Source: Vicugna vicugna (taxonomy: Eukaryota). Taken from it: a DNA stretch of 64,000 bases. A model generated the notes under the pieces. The model worked only from the letters and a program-made list of their open reading frames with translations. It did no database searches and was not told the DNA's origin. The DNA lies in the NCBI GenBank assembly GCA_013265495.1, contig MU062317.1, forward strand, positions 930,001 to 994,000, in the 5' to 3' direction. Below are positions 13,271 to 24,633 of this stretch, in pieces; the first letter of the stretch is position 1; each line of letters opens with the position of its first letter. The translations under genes were made by a program, and so were the position numbers.

Positions 13271-15360
13271 CTTCTGATGGGCCTGGGAACCCGGCACCCT
13301 CCGTCATCCGCTCGCAGCATTTGAGTTGAGAAAAGCCACAAGATAAAGTGCAGACCTGGGGGAGGTGGGGAGGGAGCTGGTTCCCAGCTCTGGTCCCACG
13401 TCTGTGCCCCGCGGCTGACGCCCGCGACGGGACGCACTGGCCTGTGGCTGTCTGAGCAATGTGCCCCTGGGGCTGGGGTGTCCCGTGCGGTCCGAGTGTT
13501 CGGATTCCCAGCATGCCTTCCTGCAGCCCACGAGAGGAGAGGCAGGCTTCGGATGAGTTTCATTTGAGCTGAAGGAAAAACACTCCAAGCAGTTTCATTC
13601 TCGCATTCACACCGCACACTTCGACAGCCAGAATGGCTTTCTCCCTTTTGTCACGATTTTTAAAAATGTGTAGAGGAGGCGCCGGGGTACCGGCGTGCGG
13701 GGAGGGGCCGCCCGGGCTGGGGGGAGCATGGGGCCAGAAGATGAACTTCGGCTCATCTGAGTTGCTTCCACTTCTCAGAAGATAACAGGTGTTATAAACT
13801 CCAGGAACGTTTGCTTCCACAAAAATCGATGGCGCCCACAATCAGGGCCGGGCGGCCGGGCCCCAGCTGTGCCAGCCCGGGCTGGGCTTGCGCGGTAGCG
13901 CCCTAGCCGTAGAAAGAGGCCTTTATTTTGGCCTCATCTGGGCACTCTGCAGAGGCCGCGCACCTGTGGGCAGGTGGTCCCGCGCCCCTGCTCGCTCCGG
14001 GGAGCCTGGGAGCCATGGCTTCTGGGGCTGGCCCGTCCGCCCCTCAGGCCCCGCCTCTGGAGAGCAGCCAGCCGCCGGCTTCCACGGCAGGCTGGGCAGC
14101 TGCACTTCCTCCAGCCCCTTTGGATGCAAGATACTCTGGGGTTTGGGAACCACTGGCCAGGGAACCCCAGGTGGACAGGGTCAGACGCACAGAACCGCAC
14201 AGCCCAGCACTGAGGGCTCTGGTGCCTGACCCCAGCCCCACGCTGGGAACACCCAGCGTCTTTGTAAAACGCTGATGCCTGCCCCCCGAACCCGTCTCAT
14301 CGATGTAACAGGTGTGGCCCAGGAGGGCCCAGCATCCCGGTCTGTGGAACCTCCCAGGAGATCCTGGAGTGCAGCCGGGGCGAGAGCAGGTCGCGGGGCA
14401 GCGGGGCTGCTCGGCAGGTGTCCGTTTCCATCTGAAGCCCACCAAGGAAGGAGGGGCGGTTGGTGACGGGCTGAGAGCCCCCACCCCTTGTGGCGGAGGG
14501 CGGGAGAGATGCCTTCCTGGGACAAGGAAGACTCCAGCGCTCGGGCCGGCCCGGGCCCTCGGGAAGCGCTTCACCAGCCTGAGCCTCCTGAGCAGGCACC
14601 GGCAGGCGGCGGGCAGCTCGCCTCCAGCGGACAGTGAAGTCTGCGGCCACCAGCTCTCCCACCCAGGCTGCTGGCTTTGCGGAGGACGGGCCCCGCGGGA
14701 CCTGAGCTCAAGGTCGTGGCACCTGTGCCACTGAGACCGGGCCCCGTGGGCGCATCCGTGACCACCCTCCTCTCCTGTGGCACCAGCGCCAGGGTCGCAG
14801 GCCCCTGCTGGGGACAGAGCAGGCCCCGGGGGCCGGCGGACAGAGGGTGGCGTCGTCATTGCGAGGGCTCCTGTGCCGTCCTCTCCCCCGCTGGGCTTTT
14901 CTGCCAGAGTGAGGGGAGAGCGAGCTCTCCAGGAGGGACTCAGGTGTGCGTGCCAGCACATGCGTGTGGGTGCACACCGCACACACGTGTGTCCTTGCTG
15001 GCGTGCATCCTGTGCCCGTGAGAGTGTGTGTGTCCCCGGGGCTCGGGAGAGCTCAGGGCCAGCGAGAAGGGGCCGGAGGCAAAGTGCCCACCCTCCCTCT
15101 GCTTCTTGGGAACAGGGCTGCGCGCACTGCCCGTCGGAGGCCAGGCTTCGCCACGGTTGGTGGCCCGGGAAGCGGCTCTTTATTTTTGCTGAAGGAAAGA
15201 CAGCACTTACACACTGGGTCCCCTCGGGACGAAGGGCACCCACAGGGCGAGGCTCCCACAGGCCTGGGCGTTCTTCCCCTTTTCACACAAAGGCACTGCA
15301 CCCAGCAGCTCTCTGCGTCTCGCAAGAGAAGTCCCACACATTATCCAGCTCGACTGTCCC

Positions 15361-15417
15361 TCTTACACAGCGAAGCTGCTCAGAGAGGTTAAGTGGCTTG
15401 TCTGAGGCCACATAGCA
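15361..15417 (+). mobile_element. MIR SINE fragment
   Basis: gctcagagaggttaagtggcttgtctgaggccacatagc matches the MIR core. Confidence 0.65.
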
Positions 15418-18400
15418 GCAGACCACACCAGTACCTGGAGGGACCAAGTCCGGGCCTCTGCCTCTGTCTTCCAGGGGCTGTTTCCCTACAGATCAGAGTG
15501 AGCTGGAGACAGTGGGGCCCAGCCAGCACTTTCTCCAATGTCTCCGTCTCTGCCAGAGTTGCACGTGGCAGCCTAAAGCAGGTGTCAGCAGCGGCCATTC
15601 CAGGCCCGGCCCCGGCCTGAGCCATCACTGCCATCCACCTAGAGGACTCTGGGCTGTGAGACAATGCTGCTCCCCGGCTGGAGTCGGACTGGCTTGACTG
15701 CCGGGGTCCAGCATCCCGGCCGGCGTGGATCCTCGACCCGCTGAGTGCTGAGTGGCTGACAGGCGCTGGCTTTGCTGGGACCGTGGTGGCTCCCCCAGGG
15801 CGGAGCCGGGCCGAGCTAGCTGTCTTTCCTCGCCCAGGCCACCCGTCTCTACGAGGTCTCAGCAAGGACCTTCTCTAAGCAGGGCTGAGCGCTGGCTCCG
15901 CGGAGGTGAGTGGGCGGCCTCTGTGCCTCCTGCTTCTGCCACTGAGCTGCTGTTCGCCTGACTGCTGCAGGGCTCCGTCATCGGAACTGCTTTGAGGTTG
16001 GGCCATTAGACCTAACAGCTCATTCCAAACATCCCCATCCACCTAGCCTTCCAGGCTGAGGAGAACCACAGGCAGCCTAGGTGGACAGCAGGGCCCGAGG
16101 ATGGCAGAGCCCGGAGCCCTGACACCTGCCGCAGGTCCTGGCTTGCCGAGCCCAAGACAGCTGGTGCCGCCCTGGAGCTGTCCCAGGTGTGACCTGGCCT
16201 GAGGCTCACCGAGCTGACCAGAGGCAGAGGACATGAGGGAGGCCTGTAGGCACCTCCTGGACTGGCCCTGCAGGGGCGTCTGAGCCAGATCAGCCCTGTG
16301 AGATGCCCGGGCTGACGGCCAAGGTGCTGAGGCCTGGCTCCGCACGTGTGGACCGGGAGGATGGAGGATTCAGACTGGACACACAGAGCGAGGCCTTCGC
16401 ATGGAGGCCAGCGCGGACCACGCTCAGGACAAGTGCCTGCCCCCCGCTCCCGTGGACACTGGCGACCGTCTGAGCAGCTGGAGGCTCATGCCTGAGACGC
16501 AGGCCAGCCCGCCCGTCCTCGGCAGCCCCGCCGGAGGCTCTCCCAGCCGAGGTTACATGGTCAGTGGTTTTCAAGAGAGGTTCATTATTACCTCGGCACC
16601 AAACATCTGTGGCCAGCGCGGCCACCTCCCTACCTCCCCAAGGATAGCCCCCAACCCTGGCCGGGTCTGGATCCCAAGGTCCCTGAGACCAGAGGAGACA
16701 GGTTGTTCCGGGACACCCACCTAAGGCTCGCCCACGCTGGGGAGACCAGGCGGGTCCCCCCACCTCCCACTCCAGCTGCTGGGGCCGCCGCTGGGGACAC
16801 GGCGAGGGCGGCTGGTTAGTCCTTGACGAGCAGTGTGGAGCCGGCCCCTCTCCTGGGCCTGTTCAGCTATTAACTCCCAGAGGCCATTATCTTCCACGGA
16901 ATCTCCCCGGTGCAGAGCTGCGGCCGGGAGCTGGGAGAATTTTATCGTCCTGTTCCTGATCCCCGCAGACAGGCCTGGGTGATCATTAACCCGGCTCCCG
17001 CCTCCCTCAGTTCCCGAAGATGAGCCTCCCCCTCCCAGAGGCACGCCAGCCCCCGCCCTCTCCTCCCACGCTCGGACCCCTTCCCCCGCCCCAGCTCCGA
17101 GGGGGAAGAATGGGAAAGCAGGTCGTCCGGGAGCTGGCCCGGCAGACAATGTGTGTCTTGTGTGAGTAATTTAGCACTGTGGCCAGTCAATCTGGTTTCT
17201 GGGCCCGCTGCCCTGACCCTCTTTAGAGAGGCTCGCTCTCGCCGGCACAGTGTGAAACGTTTTCTTTCACTGCACTGACACTCTGCAGATTGAGACGTCA
17301 GCCTGGTCCAACTGCAGCAAATTAGCAATTTTTCTTTTGCTAATTGGAAATAAAAATGTTTGCCGAGGGAGCCGTTTGTCGGCATGTGGTTTTCGGTTTC
17401 CGTGCACCAGGAGGCTGCGTTGAAAATGCATCTCGAGGCGCTGCCCACCCTGGGGTGCCCCTTACCACAAATTCTAAGGGGCCTCGTGGCTGCAGTGTGC
17501 CGGACACGGCCCTCCCTTGCTGCTCACCTGGGACCTGGATGTCCCTCGTGTCCTGGGCGCCTCCTCTCGGGGAGAGCCAGGCCCCGGGGCCGCTGCCGCT
17601 CTTCAGAAAACCATTAGAATTGGGCAGGTGGCAAAATCGTTGGATGAGCTGCAGAGACAGCCCTTGGCCGGGAGGAGGCAAGCAGAAAATCAGGGGTTAA
17701 CAGCCAGGCTGCCCTCACCTTTCCTGAGCACAGAACACTCTCCGAAAAAGCCAGCCGGCTTATCTGATTTCTGAATCAGTGTGCGGAGGACGGCACACCC
17801 CACCCTGGCATGCACCCTGGGAGGGACAGTCCTCCGGCTCCCAGGGCACTTGGAGTTTCAGCCACCCCTCTGTTCCAAGGGGGAAATGGCCCAGGCGCTT
17901 CGGTGAAAGGGGGCAGAGGGTCCTGCCGGCGCGGAGAAGGGGAGGAGGCCTCTCCTGCTGACTGGAACACAGAACGAAGGAGCCACAGGGAAGAGTCAGA
18001 GCACCCTTTCCCGAGAAAGCGGGCCAGGACCTTCAGATCAAGTGCAGCGACTCGGAAATCCGCTTACAAATGGACGCGGGCACCCCCTGCCTGTGCACAA
18101 ACAGGCCTGTGTCCGTGCACGCGTGTGTCGGCGTGCAGGCGGGCATGCGCACGAGGGTGTGGTGTCGACTGGTGTCCAGTCCCTGGGCACCTCGGTCCCC
18201 CGGGTCTCTCAGGAGCCAGGCCTGTCGGGCCAGCGCGGAAAGGGTTACCGTGTTCCCCCTCCCTGTTTCTCTGATAAAGCATTTGACAGCCATGCCTAAT
18301 AATTCTTTCTGCTGGGTTTTTTTCCTTGATGTCTTTATGTGAATATGAAGCCAGAATGAAAGGCTTTGGGGGACCCCCACGAGAGAGGAAAAGCTTGAAC

Positions 18401-20379
18401 CAGGGAGGAAGAAAGACCGTGCGGGGGGCTCCCCGCCGCGAGCCAGGCATCTCTGCTGGCAGCCCGCGACTTGGCTCCAGAGGCCCTTTGTCAGTGGGAG
18501 CGAGTCTTCTTCGCTCGGCCACGACAATAGGTGTTTTGTCAGCGGGGGCCGGTGGGGGAGCGCCGTGGCAGCGAGGGGCTAGCCCCGGGGCCTGCAGATG
18601 TTGGCTGAGGGATGATTTATTGCTGCAGTGTCCTCAGTGGCATTTGGCTACCTTCCCAGACCCCAACGTCGGTGGCGAGGAGGGGGGGAGGCGGGGGGGG
18701 CTGGGGTTGCGTAGCCGAGGCCACCCCAGACACCTTGTCTGGTGAGGCGGCAGAGGGAAGCGAGGCCGCATGCCCACAGCACCTCTGGTACCTCTGGGCA
18801 GGAGGGAGGGCACCCCGGCCGTCCCGAATGGAACTTGCAGGGAACGTGAGGAAGCAGGCTGAGCCTCTCAAGAATGTTCCCACGTTCAAAAAAAAAAAAA
18901 AAGCTGCCCAGGGACCTGGTAACAGAGGAGCAGCGACTCGGGTGAACACAGTTTGCTCTCAGAAGTCACTGGCCTGGCCGCGGCGGTTTGGAACTCCGTG
19001 ATCCCCTCCCTAAACTGATCCTGGCACCAGCCGCATCCTTGCCAAGTTCCCAAGTGGCCCCCCCGTGCTTCCGTGATGCCTGGCCGTCATTCTCATCCCG
19101 AGCGAGGAGCAGAGGGCTGTGGTTTTCCTCTGGGTTCTGACCTGGCCCAAACCGGAGAGGCCGTAAGCCCAAATGCAGCCAGGAGGGCCATTCCCGTGGG
19201 GCCTCAGCCCCCATTCCAGGCCAAACAAGCCTGGAGGAGTTGGGGGCCGGGGGCGGCCCGAAGGCCCCCACACGGCCTCCTGAACCGAGAGCGCCGGAGC
19301 TGCCTCTGCGCACCCCCAGGCCCCAGAGCCGCCCGAGCTGGCGAGCTGGCGAGCTGGCACGCCGGCCACCAAGCCAAGGAGACCCTGGGTCGTTTCCAGG
19401 GAAAACAAATTGCTGCCGGACAACTCACAACCGAAAACCGCAGCTTCCAGTGAAATCCCGCGTGGGGGAGAATTCCATCTTGGGCCTCATCTCGTTTTGG
19501 AATGAGCTTTGAGAATACCAAGACGTGGACCAGGGAGCGTTGGAGGGGGGTGTTACACAAACGACACCCCTGGCCCGGGGCCGGGAGCGCTTCCTCCTGT
19601 CCCCGCAACCTCCCAGCCAGAGGCAGGGCTGGACGCTGGGCTTACTGCGTGGGGGAGCCCGGAGCGATCCCAGGCGGGGCCCTCGGTGGCCACAGGAAGG
19701 GGTGGGGAGGGGCCGAGAGGCGGTGCGGCCGGTGGGCGCTGGTCCCTGGATGGACCATTAGCAATCTGTCGGCTCCAGTTCACTGCTGACGGCCGCTGGC
19801 CACAGTCCCACCCTCTGTGACAGCGAGAATGATTGCAACATCTTAGGCCCCAGTTTCGGGCCCAGGCCTTCGTTCCACAAGGCCAGACGTGGCCGAAGGA
19901 CGGTGTGGGCCGTGGCCCCTCCTCCAGGCCCCAGGAGACACTGAGACGCCCACCTACATGGTCTGCAACAGGCACGGGGTCTGCCCACCTGGGCAGGGCC
20001 CAGCAGGCGACAGCCCCACAGGAGCCGCGTGGGCCACACGACCCCCTGGAACCCGCAGGGCGCGGGGAGGGAGCGTCCCCGAGCACAGCCCCCCGGGGCT
20101 TGATGCTCTGTGCGTGGAGGGGCCGGGCTGCAGGGACCCACACGCGTGCTCTGAACGTCCCTCGCCGCCGGCCCCCAGCCCGAGTCCCCGCACTGGCACG
20201 GACGTGAGAACCACTCTGTGCTTTTTGTTCATCGGGCACTATTTGGACGTAGCCCGTCCAGCGTCTTGAGGGCCTGGCAACTGCCCATCAGCACAAACAC
20301 CCCCCAGCTTCTCGCTGGGATATGCCGCAACATTTTTCCCATGGAAAGAGAGTGTGGCCTTTGTGAGGGGGGCATGGCC

Positions 20380-20600
20380 AGCCCGGATTACAGTAAAGAT
20401 TAATCCCAAACAAGAGACAAGGAAACAGACAAAGGGCATCATACACTTCACTTTTCAATGGATGTTTTCATAAATGTATGAATAATTTAAATTATCATTG
20501 CCGAGTATTTATTCGAGTGTTTCAGGGGGAAAAATGCCTCCTCTTTTTTCTCCCTCGATTCTTTTCATTTTTGTCTCATCTCTTTTATGTGCTGCATAGG
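20380..20600. promoter_or_regulatory. Candidate enhancer (K50 homeodomain and POU4-like sites)
   Basis: GGATTA, GATTAATCC, ATGAATAATT and the 14-bp palindrome ATAATTTAAATTAT. Confidence 0.45.
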
Positions 20601-23600
20601 CTGTTTCCCTGCCATCAGGCCCGGCCGGGACAATGGGATGCAGGGGCCGCGGGGCCGCGGAAGAATGCGGCCCTTGTTGCCCGATGCCGGCCTGACGTTG
20701 ATTAATGAGGGTGCGGGCTCGGGTGGAATCTGTGAGAGCCGAGGGGACATCAGAGGGCCTGAGGGCGCCCCGAGGCGGAGGGCAGGGGCTGGCAGGAGAA
20801 GGCCACGGCCATCCATCCACGCCCAGTGGGAAAGGGCAGGCGGGGGCAGGAGGCACCGTGCTGTGGCCACCAGCGCAGGGGGACAGGCGCCCCGGCGGGT
20901 CCTCCGAGGACAGGGCACTGGGAGGGGTCCGGTCCCCCACCTGCCCGGCCGGGGGAAGAGCCAGCTGCAGCCACTGGACGGGGGATATGGGCAGGGCAGC
21001 CCACCTACCCACGCCAGGCCCCCCACCCTCCCTTCTCAAACACGCTGTCCCCCCGTCTAAAGCGGGCTGGCCTGGATCACACCTCCCAAGGGGCCGGAGT
21101 GGACAGTGGCTGCAGCGGGGCCCTGCTGAGTGTCCACGAGACACGCACTTTCCTCCTGACGTGGGCCAAACGCTGCCCGCCAACTGCAAAACCGGCCTGG
21201 CCCATTCTGCTCGCTCTGCTCCTTTCCATCCCCTCCTGCTCGGCCCTGTTTACCTACTTACTTATCTTTGTGACGGGAAACAACACCTTGAGGGATGTCC
21301 CTTTGGGTGCCCCTGACCCCTCAGCCCTGGGCTTCAGGACTGACGGCAGTGATGGTCAGCAGATGGGGTGGTGTCTGTGAGCGGCCTTGTGATGACAGCC
21401 AGTTGGCTGAAAGGAGCACCGTCAACGCCCAACCCGTCACCTGCCTACGGGGCCCAGGCGTAGGTCCGCCGGTGCGGACCTCCCAGACCCCAGGGCCCAC
21501 AGGGAAGGTTTGGGAGGCAGACGCCCAGGGCACCACCCGGGTCTCAGGACCCGCGGGGGAAGGGCCCGTCCGCAGCAGGGCACGCCCAGGCCCGGCTCCC
21601 CTCGGTCAAGGTCAAGGTCAAGGTTGTTGCGACCCTCTCCCCTCGGCAGAGATTCTTGCCTAAAGCGTTTGGCAGACCTAACCCACTACTTGTGGAGGAA
21701 GAGCGTGGCAAAGGCGCCCGCCCCTGAAGATGCTCCCCTGCCCCGTGATGCCCCTCTAGCCCCTGCAGGAGAAGGTCGAGGTGATGCCTGCCATGGCCTC
21801 AGGGTCCCAGGGCTCAGCGCTCCGGCTTTGGAAATCAGCTCCTGAAGGCCACCGTCGCTCTAGGCTCTCTGTGCTGTTTGGACCGAGAAAGGCATTGTTT
21901 TTGCTTAGAAGGCGAGGTGGGGCTGGGAGCTGCCAGGGTCAGGCTCACCTCAGGCCTGGACGTTTCTGGTTTACGTCCGGTGGGCGGGTGTAAGAGGGGA
22001 GCCGTCTTCCCCTGCTCACGTGCCCCGCAGTAATACACCTTTTACTGGCAAGCGTTTCCACCGGGCGATGCTGACCACCCCCACCCCCAACCGGGATGGC
22101 TGTGTGCCGTCCAGAAAAGAGGGCTGTGATGAGTGACCGTGGGTTCCAGACCAGGCTGACCGAGTGGCCACGAGACTGGGACACGTGTCTGGGCACAGCT
22201 CACCTGGCAGTTTGGTCTGGTTCGCTGGCCACTCCCTCTGCTCTGCGTGCTTCTGAATTAATGTACCAGGAAGGCGGCCTTGATAATGATCTGGAATTGC
22301 AGGGTTAATGGGGGGCAGCGAGGCCCTGTGGGAGGGCACCCGTGTGGCCTTGTGAGTCCTCCGTCTGCAGCCTGGCTGTGACCTTGTTTGTGGGTGACCT
22401 TGGCTGGACGTGCCGTCCCGGAAACCCTGCTTCCCCACCTGGAGAGAGGATCCTGCTGGGAGCCCTCAGCCCCCTGGGGAAATATGAGGTCAGAGCAGGA
22501 GGTGCTTGGAGCAAGTAGTGGACAAAGATGGCCTCTGTCAACTCACACTTTGCCGCGGGCCAGTCCTCAGAGGAAAGGTGCCCACGGCCGAGGCCGGTCA
22601 GATGCCCGCCCCCCGCAGGAGGTGAACGCAGCCTCCCCGGAAGGCGCCGCACAACATCGCCCCCTGAGCCGAGCTGCAGTGCACGCCGGCCCACTTGTGG
22701 CTTCCCCGCCCGTGACAAGCCTGAGCAGCAAATTACAGCCAACACAATTTTATAATTACAGCAGCCAAGCTGAGGCAGCCCGGGCCCCGCCATCTCCCCC
22801 CCAGCAAAGTGGGTGGGGTTATTTGTGCCAGCAAATCAAGCAAAAATGGCCGTATCCATGGCCTGATGGACTTGCCACGTTTGATTCATAGACTTGGGTG
22901 CTTTCTTCCTTTGCCCTCCCTACCACCGGCGAACCGGAGGCTCCACGAATCCTCGTGTGCTGGCCTCCTGGGCGCTGCTGCTCCCTTCCCGGAGAACGAG
23001 GCACTGCCCAAGAGGAGGATGTGATTTGATTGGCGGTGGCTTCTGCAAGCAGGACCTTCCAAAGAAGCGCGTAGCACATGGACGAGGGGGGGACCCCTTC
23101 CTTCCTCAGGGGACACCGTCCCACCTCCAGGAGGTCCTCCCAGTTCCCCGCCCACAGCTCTTTGGGGAGGTGCTTTTAGAATAGCGCTGGGGGCTCTGGA
23201 GAAATTCAATAAAGCAAACATCCGGGGCCCTGGTCCCAGGGACCCCGGGACGAGGGAGAGGATCCTTACTGAGCTGGATACTTAAAAACTGCTCCTTCGA
23301 CGCTTAGCTTCAGGGAGAGGACAGAGAGCGGGGGGCGGGGACAGAGCCAGGCGGAGGGGCGACCGAACAGCACATGTTGGGTGGGAGCCAAAGGGACCCT
23401 GCCTCGTTAATTTTAATTTGTGTGGAGCCCATGTATTGTGGCAAGTAAGGCAGCAGCAACTTGAGGACAGAGGACAAGCTGTCCTTCACTCCGTCTTTCA
23501 AGACTCCGGAAGCGCAGGGATTTCCAGCCAGGACCTCGGGGTGGGGGGGCCACCCCACCAGGACGAGGGAGGGACGGGCTTCGGCGGCCCCGTCCGAGCT

Positions 23601-23729
23601 GGACTCGCAGGTTCCCGTGGTGCTCCCCCGGGGGCCGCCCCGCCCCCACCGTCCACCGTGGGGGTGGGGAACGTCGCGATCACCTGAAAAGGCAGCCGGA
23701 GGGCGACCCAAGCCCTGAGCCCGGCGGGG

Positions 23730-24010
23730 ACAAATGAGGAGCTTAACTAGTGCGAGCGGCATGAAAGGGAGAGGGAAGAGGAAGAACAAAGCTTCCGCCA
23801 ATTTGCTCTTTTGGGCTTTGTGAACACTGGCCCCTTCCCAGCGGATCGCCCCCATTGAATGAGGCCGAGCGCGCGCAGCTCTTCCGCGGCTCTGACGGGT
23901 TTTCACGGGGCGGTGAATGGAGTGCAAATTAGCGGAGCCCTCGGGAGGCTTGTTACTGTCACTCCCAAACTGACGTCCAGGGGCACCGTGAGGACTAATC
24001 AACCCGCAGA
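23730..24010. promoter_or_regulatory. Candidate SOX/POU-type enhancer
   Basis: AACAAAG, CTTTGT, CATTGAATG, TGAATGG and GTGCAAATTA within ~150 bp, with CpGs preserved. Confidence 0.4.
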
Positions 24011-24170
24011 GCTCGCCCACCGTCAGGGCAAGGTAGGGAGCCGTTCATTGTCTTCTCTGTCATGTGCGTCCATTTTGCCCACCACGGTGAGGGGCTCTGC
24101 AGGGCTGCAGCGGCAGACGCACACCCTCCCCGCCCCCTCGTGCGCGCCTGGGCCCTGGCTGCCCAGTGAG

Positions 24171-24633
24171 GCATGCACACGCGCATACGTGCACACGCAC
24201 AAGCACGCATGCATGCAATATGCACACACGCACATGCATGCACGCACAAACGCACACATGCACATATGCGCACACACACGGTGCACACACAAGCACCCAC
24301 ATGCCGGCACGCACATATGCACAAACACACAATGCAGGCACGTGTGCACAATACACATGTGCACACACGAGTACGTACATGCATGCAAACACATGCACAC
24401 ACATACATGGATGCACACGTGCACACACAAGCACACACATGTATGCATGCACCTGTGCACAAACACACAATGCAGGCACATATGCACACACAAGCACACA
24501 TATACATGTGCACACACAAGTACATATATGCACGCACGCACAGGCACACACACATGCACGCACACATACATATCCACACACACGTGCACACATACAAGTA
24601 TGTTCACACGCACACGTAAACACATGCACACAC
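24171..24633. repeat. Degenerate alternating purine-pyrimidine (CA/TA/CG/TG) tract, ~460 bp
   Basis: A continuous cacac/tgcac/catatg-type sequence; it explains the His/Thr-rich and Cys/Val-rich ORFs here. Confidence 0.95.

Noticed and set aside
14044-15243. 399-aa minus-strand ORF, plus other long ORFs such as 41049-42206, 3311-4228 and 35787-36674
   Set aside because: They are Pro/Gly/Arg/Ala-rich, show no recognisable domain, and overlap equally long ORFs in other frames. This is expected where high GC makes stop codons rare.
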